A stretch of DNA of 64,000 bases from Torpedo marmorata (taxonomy: Eukaryota), in the NCBI GenBank assembly GCA_977017645.1, contig OZ360237.1, forward strand, positions 45,818,001 to 45,882,000. Direction: 5' to 3'. Positions 1-10,093 of this stretch are shown here, piece by piece. Numbering within the stretch: position 1 is the first letter of the stretch; the number at the start of each line of letters is the position of its first letter. Under the pieces are notes generated by a model. It was not told the DNA's origin. It was given only the letters and a program-made list of their open reading frames with translations, and did no database searches. The translations under genes were made by a program, and so were the position numbers.

Positions 1-262
1 CCCCCTCCCCCTCTTTGCTGCTGTCCCCTCCCTCCTTTCTCCACCTATCATCTCCTGCCTTTGCCACCCCCCTTCCCCCCTCACTCTTTTGTTCGGACGC
101 CTGCCGGCATTTTCTCATACTTTGATGAAGGGCTCAAGCCCGAAACATCGGTTATGTATTTCTACCTTTGCTACATAAAAGACACTGTTTGACCTGCTGA
201 GTGTCTCCAGCATTTGTGTTTTTTACTTCAACCACGGTGTCTACAGATTTTTGTGTTTTACT
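1..262 (+). mobile_element. Penelope-like element (PLE) terminal-repeat fragment with minimal hammerhead motif
   Basis: ttgatgaagggctcaagcccgaaacatcggttatg followed by cctgctgagtgtctccagca. The same repeat is attached to GIY-YIG-like coding remnants at 1633-2090 and 3505-3880. Confidence 0.75.
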
Positions 263-719
263 TTTTTTTTCTTGTGGATAGTGTTAGAGTTGTGGAAGAA
301 CAGTGCCATCAAGGAACTTTATGGTTTGGAATTTTAAATTAGATGTGTATGCATTTCCAAATGACCTCTCTGTCACCATATACAAGGATGTTTTTTGCTG
401 TGCCTCTAAAGATGTAGTTCCCCTTCAGTTTACACGGTTACAAGCATAGTTTTTGGACCAGAACACTAATCTGTGCTTAATTGGTGCCGTAATAGAGGTA
501 CTGTGGTTACTGTCAATACAGTATCTCCAAGTTAAGAGAAATTCCACTTCTAATCATTAGGTAATGTTGACAAAATGACTTTATGGTGAGTACAGATTAA
601 CGATTTTCTGATGCCCTCTAATTAAATAAAATGTTAATATTCCAACCAGAGAGACACAAGTCACTTGACTGATACCTGAGCAGTCCATTTATGTAACGAG
701 AACATTTAAGAAGTTGGTG

Positions 720-1200
720 TATGCTATAAAGCCAACCATTTCTGCCTTTTGATAAGATCACAATTGATCTGGACTTCAACTCCACTTTCCTATCGGATCC
801 CCATAAATGTTGATTTCCCCTATTGATCAAAAACCCAGCTTTGAAAATGTCTTGCCTCCATAGCTTTGTCATGAGGGAGAATTTCAAAGATCCACAACCC
901 CCTGAGAAATGAAGTACTGTATCCTTTTATCTGTTTAGCGGCCTGTCTCTTATTCTGCATTCTCTCCTCCCCAACCCCCCCCCCCCCCGTTTCTAATTGT
1001 AGAATCCCCAATGAGGGGGAAATGTGGACTATATCTGCCCTTTCAATAAAATCCACTCTTATTGGTTCCAAATTATCATATGTAGACTTCATTGTTCCAG
1101 GAATCAATTTAGTGGACCTTCTCGGAAGCAAACTCCAATGCAATACTACTGAAACTGAACTTATAGATGTGCAAAAGATCTATACATTTTTGTACTCCTT
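720..1200 (-). mobile_element. highly degenerate CR1-type LINE 3' fragment
   Basis: Weak resemblance to the reverse-oriented CR1 3' regions at 12188 and 42369. Confidence 0.4.
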
Positions 1201-1632
1201 AATCCTTGAATGATAACAAAAATTCAATTGGCCTGATAATTACCCAAGCATTTACTAGGACACAGAGGGAGGCCATTCAACTTATCAGGTCCATGCTGAT
1301 TCCCATCAGTGAAATCCTTTCTGTTCTTCACTGCATCACGTGCAGAGTTCACACTGAAAGCACCAGAGGTCGGGATAAAAGACGACCCTGAAACTGAGGC
1401 AGTGCCACTAACTACAGGTCGCCCTTTGCGTTATGCCTATTCGGGTTATGGGAATTTGCCCTCTGAGAATCACTACACAAAAATCCAAGATGCAGAGTAA
1501 AATTTGCACTCAGAATTTGTGGAGAGAAAATAAATCCAAAATGTGAAAGTGACAAATTTTGCCAATTGTTAGCCATGATGCTGTGGAGCAATAAGATTTG
1601 GATATGATGTCACTGTGTTGATTTGGTTGGTC

Positions 1633-2090
1633 GAAACATGAAAGTCTGCAGACGCTGTGATTGTAGTAAAAACACAGAAATGCTGGAGGAACTCAGCTGG
1701 TTTTTTCAGCGTCCAAAAAAGCAAAGATGTATTGCTGATGTTTCTGGCCTGAGCCCTTCAAGGAATAAGAAGAATGAACCAGAAGCAGGGAGTCTCAGAA
1801 TTCAGAAAATGCTTGCTGGGGGAGGGATCCAGACCAACAAAAGGTGTTAATTGGATATGATAAGGGACACGTTTGTGCGAAAGGAGACAGGGAAAAGGGA
1901 GAGACAGAGCTGGAGGAAGGTGACAGGGAAGAAGTGAGGGGGAATGGCGTTTTAACGAAAGCCAGAGAAGTCGATATTAATGCCATCGCTTGGAGGATGC
2001 CCAGTCGGAAGATGAGGTGTTGTTCCTCCAATTTGCGGGTGGTCTCTGTCTGGCAGTGCATGAGACCATGGATAGTTGGTCGTCACATCT
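1633..2090 (-). mobile_element. PLE 3' fragment (GIY-YIG C-terminus plus terminal repeat)
   Basis: Minus strand reads HCQTETTRKLEEQHLIFRLGILQ then DGINIDFSGFR*, matching the R..E...I..L...P.G.N end of PLE GIY-YIG domains, followed by the repeat tail. Confidence 0.8.
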
Positions 2091-3059
2091 GAGTCCCTCC
2101 TTTGCCATGAACTCTCCAGTCTAAGGAAGTGAACAGACATCTCAGTGCAGTTCTGCTGTGCCCTTCATTTGCAAGGCATTAGTTCTGATGAGCTGCATTG
2201 TGAGAAGCTGAAGTAGCCATGGCCAGCTCCTGCATCAGCTTCTTAAAGTAATTCCTCAGCCTTTACTCCACTTCTACTAAATCAGCATTTTAACTCATTT
2301 ATTCCTAACTCCATAGAAGGTTAGCAAAGGGATTCAGGTTTAAAATAGAGGGTTAGGAGGTAGGGAAGTTTTAGTTTTTTGAGTAGGTTTATATAGGTTG
2401 GCACAACATCGTGGGCTGATGGGTCTATTTTCAATGAGCCTTGCACTTCAGAGAAAATTCTCCACGGATGAAGAGCCTTCATGGTTCCTCCATGCTTCGT
2501 TCTTTTCTCTCCACCCCATGATTGAAATTGCAACCCTTGGTCTTCCCACTCATTTACCTTCACCTGTATGTCTTGTACTGCCTGGCATCAGTCACATGGG
2601 TGATCTGCAGGAGAGTAATATTTTGGTTATTGTACACTTGACTGCCCAATGTCGATTGTAAGTATTTGAAGTCAATGGTGGTTCTTGAGCCACTTCACTT
2701 CGGTGGATTTTTCCCATTATAAATTCCTTGATGCCTCAATGAAAGGGACCAATGTTTCCTATGGCTAATCATTTTTGTAAAGTTGTAGACCCATTTGTAT
2801 TTTTTTGTTAGTTTACCTTCATTCTGTTTACTATCTTAGGGGGCTGCTCCGCAAATTTTGCATGTTTTTTGGAACCACTAAAAGTCATCTTTACAAATTG
2901 TATATAGTTCAGTTGTGATATTGTTCAAAGGTAGAAAAAGCTAAAATGAAATCTTGATATTTTTTTTAAAAGATACCTAATGTGATCAATCAATGAACCA
3001 AAGAGACTGCCTTACTTTTCGTGCACTATTATTTATATATATTTTTTTATAGTAATGTC

Positions 3060-3152
3060 GTAAGATGGTTATAATATGAATGTTGGCACTATGATGCTGC
3101 CGCAAAACACTGAATTTCATGACTTGTTCATGACAATAAATTCTGATTCTGA
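3060..3152 (+). mobile_element. Rex1/Babar LINE extreme 3' end
   Basis: cactatgatgctgccgcaaaacactgaatttcatgacttgttcatgacaataaattctgattctga is nearly identical to the tail of the Rex1 copy at 57345. Confidence 0.75.
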
Positions 3153-3504
3153 TCAATGCTGTAAATCTTACACATACCAATGATCTGCCTGATAATAGGA
3201 CGTGAAATGCTAATCAAGTACAGAAAGCCCATTCAGTAAAACTGAGCAAACCGACTTGATTAAGTACTAAATTGGACTGTCATGGCCCTGCTCAACCTAA
3301 ACCCAATTCATCTTGTTTAGTATGTTTTGGGTAGGGGTAGCCAGCTTTTCAAAGGAAGTACGGTTGATTCCATTGATTACAGCAATTTTTAAATCCACTT
3401 CATCAGTAGTTTTAACAGTTTCGATTAGATACATGAAATGTGATTATATAATACAGTATCAAATCTGGAATAAAGTTTTATCCTAATTGGAATTGACTGG
3501 AATT

Positions 3505-3880
3505 GAAGTAAAAACACAATGCTGGAGAAGCTCAGCAGGTCAAACAGTGTCCTTTATGTTGCAAAGGTAAAGATACATAACTGATGTTTCGGGCTTGAGA
3601 AAATGCTGGCAGGCGTCTGAACAAGAGTGGGGGGGGAGCAAAGGCAGGAGATGATAGGTGGAGAAAGGAGGGAGGGGACAGCAGAAATGGGGGGGGAGGA
3701 GGGGTGGGTGGAAGGACAGGGGAGGGGAAAGAAGGCGAGCAGGTTTAGTGGAAAGCAGAAAAGTCCATGTTAATGCCATCTGGCTGGAGAGTGCTCAGAT
3801 GGAAAATAAGGTGTTGTTCCTCCAATTTACGGGTGGTTTGGGTGGGATAGTACATAAGGCCATGGACAGACATGGGAGTG
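3505..3880 (-). mobile_element. PLE 3' fragment
   Basis: Minus strand reads TTRKLEEQHLIFHLSTLQPDGINMDFSAFH*, followed by the same terminal repeat as 1-262. Confidence 0.8.
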
Positions 3881-4362
3881 TGACTGTACTTCTGACTGGA
3901 ATTGAAACCTAATTCTGAGATCCTGTAAATTTTAAAGTAATTTAAATATATACTACTCAACATTTTGGTTTTTGTCTGTTGAGCGAGAAACTTTCTTGCT
4001 CGGAGTTATAACCAATTTGCATCATGCAGTACACATTTTCCATGTTTATAATCTGTATTGCATCCACCAGTTTTGGACTGGTGACCACGATATAGTTCAA
4101 TTGTAATTGCACAAGTTCAGCTGTTAAATGACCACCAGTATTTAATGCTCATGAAAATAAAGAAAGCAATTGTTAAGTCATTTTGAAAGCCCAAAATGGT
4201 TAAACTGGTGTGGAATTGGAGAATTTGCAAGTCCAGTAATGTGCCTTTATGAAATACCAAATGAGGTGAGAAGCATGGTTTCCTCCTGTTATATTAACCA
4301 AGTTATTGGGGTTGAAACTCTAAAGGTATATTTAGACTTCAAATTTGATTTTTTTCATTCTC

Positions 4363-4617
4363 AATTTAAATTTAGAAATTTAGACATACAGCACGATAAC
4401 AGGCCATTTCGGCCCATGAGCCTGTGCCGCCCAATTTACACCCAATTAACCTACACCTCCAGTACGTTTTGAAAGGTGGGAGGAAACCGGAGCCCCCGGG
4501 GAAAACCCACGTAGTCACGGGGAGAACGTACAAACTAACAGTGCGGATTTGAACCCTGGTCCCGATCGCTGGTGATGTAAAGGCATTGTGCTAACTGCTA
4601 CGCCAACCGTGCCGCCC
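4363..4617 (-). mobile_element. tRNA-derived V-SINE (HE1-like)
   Basis: tRNA-like head with A/B boxes, V-domain (gttctccccgtg..cgtgggtttt..ctccggtttcctccc), CR1-like 3' end and (aattt)n tail. Confidence 0.85.
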
Positions 4618-5264
4618 TAAGGTGAAGCTGGGTTGGAGTTTAGAATTTAATTTTGATTTTGTGGTAATTACCAGTTTGAGTCAAATATTATGAGCACCAT
4701 AGAGGAGATTTGAGCAATTGTATTGCTCTGTTTCCATGAGAATATGTAGAAAAGTTTGATGACTTTGTCTTCATCGCAGCTGTAATTGGACTTCAAAATA
4801 GCTGATGTTGGCTTTTACGCACATTTCAGTGTGGCTGAAAAAACTTTGGGGGGGCGGGGGTTCACTGAATGTTCAGCTCTCAATTTCAAGATTATGCCCT
4901 TGAGACTTCCCCACTAAAGGAAATATTGAATGGGGTGCATTTTTAAAATATTTTAAACATCTTATTGTATCATAAATCTTTATAATTTTACTGTCATGGT
5001 GTATCAATGTTGCAACCCATTCGAGGCCAGTATATCCTCCATGGTGCAGTGTCCATAATTGAATGCCATGCTTCAAATGGAGTTCTGACTGAGGATTTAG
5101 GAAGCTTCAACAAGTATTGGTTGATTTAATGCTTGCTTTCATGAATGTTTATGATCTTTTTCTTTGCAGGAATTGTTTTGGAGGCTCTACTTGCTTTCTT
5201 GTTCAAATCTATATATTATAAAAATAAGGCTGATCAGACTTCGTCCAGAGTCTTGAAAAGGCAT

Positions 5265-6031
5265 TTCAAGATTCAATTTATTGTCATGCAATAAAACAGT
5301 GTCATATTACACGAAATTGCATTTGCCTGCTCTAAGGCAGACAGATTCGCCATCGGCAGAAATTGCCTGAAGCGCCTCTTACAGTCAGAGAAAGAGAAGC
5401 AAGAGTTCCCCCAGAGTCACCCAGTGTCCGTAGATTCGCCTCCAGCGCTTCCGCAGCCACAGAGTCCAGTCCAAACCATTGGCAACCCGAGCTCCAGATC
5501 CGAACCTCCGACACGGTCAGGAACCCTTCGGCACCCCCTCATATCCCAGTTCCGATACCTGGTACCCCTTCAGCCAGTACGAGCCAGTCTCCAGCAGCCC
5601 ACAGCCTCCGCAGGTTCCTCGCCTTGAGTCGCCGGCAGCCCGCCGCATGCATTGGTCTTTCAGCTGCAGAGCCCCCGCACTGGACTGCCGCCGTGGTCAC
5701 CGTCCCGTGGGTCGTCTCCTCTGCTTCTCCTTCTCAGGCGGGGGATAGTCTCCCCGTTTTCTGGTGCCCTGCGCCAGTCCTCCACTCCCCTGGAGTCTGC
5801 AACCCCTCGTGGCTGCTGCCATCTTGGGGGCAGACCCCGCGGTCGCGGGATTTTAAATAAAACTACCGTTGGCTCCTTTAATGGGCCGTTCAAAGCCTGT
5901 GCGGAGCTGATGGCAGTTGACTGGGCGATTGGACCCCATGGGAGCGCTGTATCTCCGCTCCTCGCTCCCCGCGGGTCTGCGGAAGCGCTGCCGGTACCGT
6001 ACAGTGGCTCCGGCAGCGCCGCCATTTTTTT
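5265..6031 (-). mobile_element. GC-rich non-autonomous retroposon, copy 1
   Basis: Colinear with 49891-50645 and 14651-15410. Minus strand starts AAAATGGCGGCG and ends catgacaataaattgaatcttgaa. Confidence 0.8.
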
Positions 6032-6306
6032 GGATCCATCAGTTCTCAAAACTAGCTTTAAGTGTTGCAGCTGACAGAGTATTTTGGAATCTTTCAGTGA
6101 ATTCTTGCAAAAGAGTGTCATTGAGCTGTTGTGGCTTGCTATGACAGTAGGGATGTGATTTGTACATTCAATGTTCATTGTAAAGGTTTTGGTATAACTT
6201 AAAACAGTGGCAACTATATTAAATTGTTTTAAATAATATTGTGAAACCTATAAGATGGGTAAGAGTAGTGCAAATGGTGGTGTAAATTTGTTCTCTTCCT
6301 CCACAG

Positions 6307-6408
6307 ACTGCAGAGTATGTCCCTGAAAAAGTGAAGAAGGCAGAAAAGAAATTAGAAGAAAATCCATATGACCTTGATGCTTGGAGCATTCTCATACGAG
6401 AGGCACAG
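6307..6408 (+). CDS. CSTF3: CSTF3 (cleavage stimulation factor 77 kDa subunit) coding exon 2
   Basis: Acceptor ttgttctcttcctccacAG (AG 6305-6306). 102 nt, phase 0, translates [34 protein letters not shown], matching the vertebrate CstF-77 N-terminal HAT region. Donor CAG|GTTTAG. Confidence 0.97.
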
Positions 6409-6573
6409 GTTTAGTGAAATAGGGTTATGTTTGCTTATTATACAGTTCAAAAAAAATTGCACATTATGACTTTAAGACAGTTATGAAAATTGCCTCTTGC
6501 ATTGGGGAGTAAAACATCATGCTTATTACCTGTTTTAAATGCTGTAAACATTTTTGATGGTTTTTACTTTTAG

Positions 6574-6669
6574 AACCAACCAATAGACAAAGCGCGGAAG
6601 ACCTATGAGCGACTTGTCACACAGTTCCCAAGCTCTGGCAGATTCTGGAAACTATACATTGAAGCTGAG
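6574..6669 (+). CDS. CSTF3: CSTF3 coding exon 3
   Basis: Acceptor tttttacttttAG (6572-6573). 96 nt, phase 0, translates [32 protein letters not shown], in frame with exon 2 across a 165-nt intron. Weak donor GAG|GTTAAT. Confidence 0.97.
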
Positions 6670-6903
6670 GTTAATATTTTTTCTTATCATTTTTACAGGT
6701 TAATTTTTAAGTAACATGATCCCTGCCATACTTCATGAAATTCACACCAGTGAGTTAAATTAGCCAATCCAATTTTAGGTGAATAACCAGATTTTGAAAG
6801 CTTCAGGTGGTTGGGTCTTGATATCTGTAGGTGCAGACTGTACTTTATATAGGGATTTTAAATATTTTAAATGAAATCTTAATGTGTGGGCCTATTGCAC
6901 ACC

Positions 6904-7015
6904 AATGATTGTTGCATGTTGAAATTGCAACAACATTAAAATAGTCTTTAATGGTATCTTATGTGCTTTTGGCCTTTTATTCAGTTGTCATGTGTCTCTT
7001 TATTGCCTCCCGTGT
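6904..7015 (+). promoter_or_regulatory. CSTF3: CSTF3 intron-3 intronic cleavage/polyadenylation site
   Basis: ATTAAA at 6935-6940, ~265 nt after the weak exon-3 donor, followed by U/GU-rich tracts (atgtgcttttggccttttattcagttgtcatgtgtctcttt). A vertebrate-conserved intron-3 pA site in CSTF3 is established. Confidence 0.85.
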
Positions 7016-10000
7016 CATTTCTTTAGAGTTGATTTCTTCTGTTCACTCACAATAACTTGTATTTAATCGTGTTTTATCAAGCTGAGGCATTTTATTTGCC
7101 AGAGACTTAATATTTAATGCTGTATTTGTTTAATCTTTTATTTTCAGGTCTTTGCATTAATCTACTTAGGTTATTTATAGTATTTCAGAAATACAATAAA
7201 TTGTTTAAAGAAATCTGAAATAATTGCTTTAGCTACCCATACAACAGACACAATCAAAGTTCTTAAGAAGTTGAATGTGTGTAATTAATGCTTTTAAAAG
7301 TACTAAATGCATAATTTAATAAACTGGTTTAAATGAACAGTATTATTTTGTATAGATTAATATTGCAAATAGTTTATAATTCCTCTAAATCTATGACCAA
7401 GATTTCATGACATTAATATGGTTGGAGATACTGAACCAGATTCTGCCAAAAATTATACTTGTTTTATTCTTGGTCAATTCTGTGCAGCAAGAAACTGTTT
7501 AATAACTATAACAATCAGAAAGTTTGTTTTGATGCAGAAGTTGTCTCGATTAAAACCAGATTTTGTCATGCATTCAGCTGGCACTATTGCACAAAAGTGA
7601 CTGAGAAAGGTCTTGCCAACATAATTTCTTGACGCAATTTCGTTAAAAAGCAATTTCACTGTTCTAGAGGCAACTTCTGTTTTGCATGACAGTGCATTGC
7701 CACTCATGAGTGTGTTACATGAATAAACATGATTCAAAATACCCACAAGATAAATCATGATAGTTACAAGCTGATTTTCTAATATGTTATAATTTCAAAC
7801 TTCATAGCTTCATTTTCTTACCTACTTTACATTGTGTTTCTCACAAATCTGGCAATCTGAGGTCACAGTAGTTTAAATGGGGGAGGGGTTATTCTTTGTT
7901 CTCAGTATTACTTTCCCAGGAAAGATGTTGGCTTAATTTTACTTTGGGGAAAAACCATAGTAATCCCACAGAAATTTATTTCCCTGTTCATCAAGGGAAA
8001 AAACTTCCCCGATGTAATATTTTTTTTTACAAACGAATCATTAAAATAATTTCTTTCCCACAACTCTGCTACTTTTTTTATACAGTTATCATTTTGGGTT
8101 TTCACATATTAATAGATTTCCTGCTGCTTTATTATATTTCCAGGGATCTGATTTTTGCCTGCATTTATAAAAAAAAAAAAAAATAATACATTTGACAGGA
8201 TTCAGGTATGGTATCCCATCATTCCTTTTCACATTTTCTTCAACTTTACTGAAAACAGCATACTTTCTTGAGACTAAAACATCCATCACTGAAAATGGCT
8301 GTGATTCAGATTGAATGTGTGAATTGATTTGCTTATAAATCAATAAAATCACCTGTAAAATCATCTAGAGGATGATGGTTTTTAAAGAATTACTTTTACC
8401 TTGCACTGTGCCTGTTCTGAAAGAAGAAAAAATGAGCTGCAATTCCCAAAAGTTGCTTTTAAATTCATTCAGTAGGAAGCATTAGAATGTAGTTTCCTCC
8501 TTGTGTCAATGTGAAAGTGCAAGCAGTATTTTTTTCAATGGGAAATACAAGAAGATATTGCTTGTTTCCCAAATTCAGTCTAATCCTGATGAATGGTGTG
8601 GGAGTTTAACCTGATTAACAAATATTAAATAATCTTGCGGGGAAAAAAATTGGGAAATCTGTTACTTTGTACATTTTCTTTCAATATTTTTCAGAGCATT
8701 GTGCCTAGAATTTTCTGTCAAACTATCTTAATCCTGGCAACATCAGCATGCACACATTACTTGGTGCGGGACTTTGGAATTTCTTTGTCATTTCTGTGCC
8801 AGTACACAAACTATCTTGCACAACATACTGTACAATTAAATAAAATAGTGTGGCTTTGTGACTTTTGGTGGGATTCCTTATTGTTGCAAAGCTCTTAGTT
8901 GCTGAAAACGTGTTAGTACGTGTGTGTTTAGCCCCCTCACCAAAGCGGTGCATGTGCACAAAGGAAGAATTGAGGAGGTGACGGTTGGAAAATCTAAATA
9001 CAAGACAATGTGTCTGGTATTTGAAGATAACCACTTCATTAATTCATTCTTGCAGTTTTAGGAAAATTTCCATGGACTTCATTTGTAATGTGTTAGGTCT
9101 GTTTATTACACTGAACTTATTGAGAGCATAACGAAAGGGTCCATTTGTAATATCTGTTCTTGCTGTCCTGAAATGCACTCAGTAGCAAGGATGCATGACA
9201 AGGGTCTGTATAATCATGTAAGAACTGGATGTTAAGATGTCCAAAAATCTCTCTCAAATCTGTGATTGTATAGCAATAAATCCTGGGTCCTAATGTATTG
9301 CAATTGTTTTAGGGAACCCAGTATTCCACACATGCTTTTAAAAAGAAAATGCCAAGTACAAGTAGGAGGGCATTGGCATGGAGGTTCATGGAAGAGAGAA
9401 GTGTAAACTGAGAGCACTTTTTTATTACTGTTGTGATCTAGATCCAAACCGTATACTCATGGAAACAAAATTCTGCCAGTGCTGGTTTTCAAATGAGATT
9501 GAGTTTCTCAGTTGCCACGACCCATAATAGTCCTTGAATAAGTAATTTCTTTAGGAAAAAAATATAAACCAAACTAGTATAGAAATTCTGAAGATATTAG
9601 AAAAATATATTTTGTATCTAATTTAGAATTATTTTATGTTGGGGGAAATATTTCATTCTGCAGAATATCCTATATCTTGAATGCACAAAAACGTATAATT
9701 TTCTAGAGAAGCTCTGATAACAGCAGAAGATACCTTGGTAAGCACAACAGAATATGGAACTTATTTTAACATTTGATTACTTAAATGTACTATGAAATAG
9801 GTTACCCAAGGCTTTTTTCAGCTCTACCTGAAATCTGAATTCAGCTCCTGCTAATTACTGCACACAAAGTGGCCATATCCAGTTGCATTATAAGGATCCA
9901 ATGATTCTAGAAAAAATAATTTTGTAGTCAACATCATTGTACGCAGATAATTCAGAATCTACCACTAAATTAAAAAAGACAGGATTGATCTTCATCTTAA

Positions 10001-10037
10001 CTCTTCTTAAATTCTCGTCCTTATCTTGAAATATCAG

Positions 10038-10093
10038 ATATTAATCTTATTATAGATAATATTAATCTTATTATAGATAATATTAATCTTATT
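10038..10093. repeat. 21-bp tandem repeat, ~2.7 copies
   Basis: Unit atattaatcttattatagata. Confidence 0.9.

Noticed and set aside
5363-6178. Overlapping 140-172 aa ORFs in the GC-rich repeat (also 14700-15300 and 50015-50690)
   Set aside because: Frames differ among the three copies, no domain is recognisable, and such ORFs are expected from high GC content.
1-6306. CSTF3 exon 1 / promoter
   Set aside because: No MSGD..EQ-like exon was seen. The only CpG-rich stretch is the repeated retroposon.
10038-10093. CRISPR-like or functional repeat array
   Set aside because: A simple spacer-less tandem duplication in eukaryotic intron DNA; the same applies to 54639-54689.
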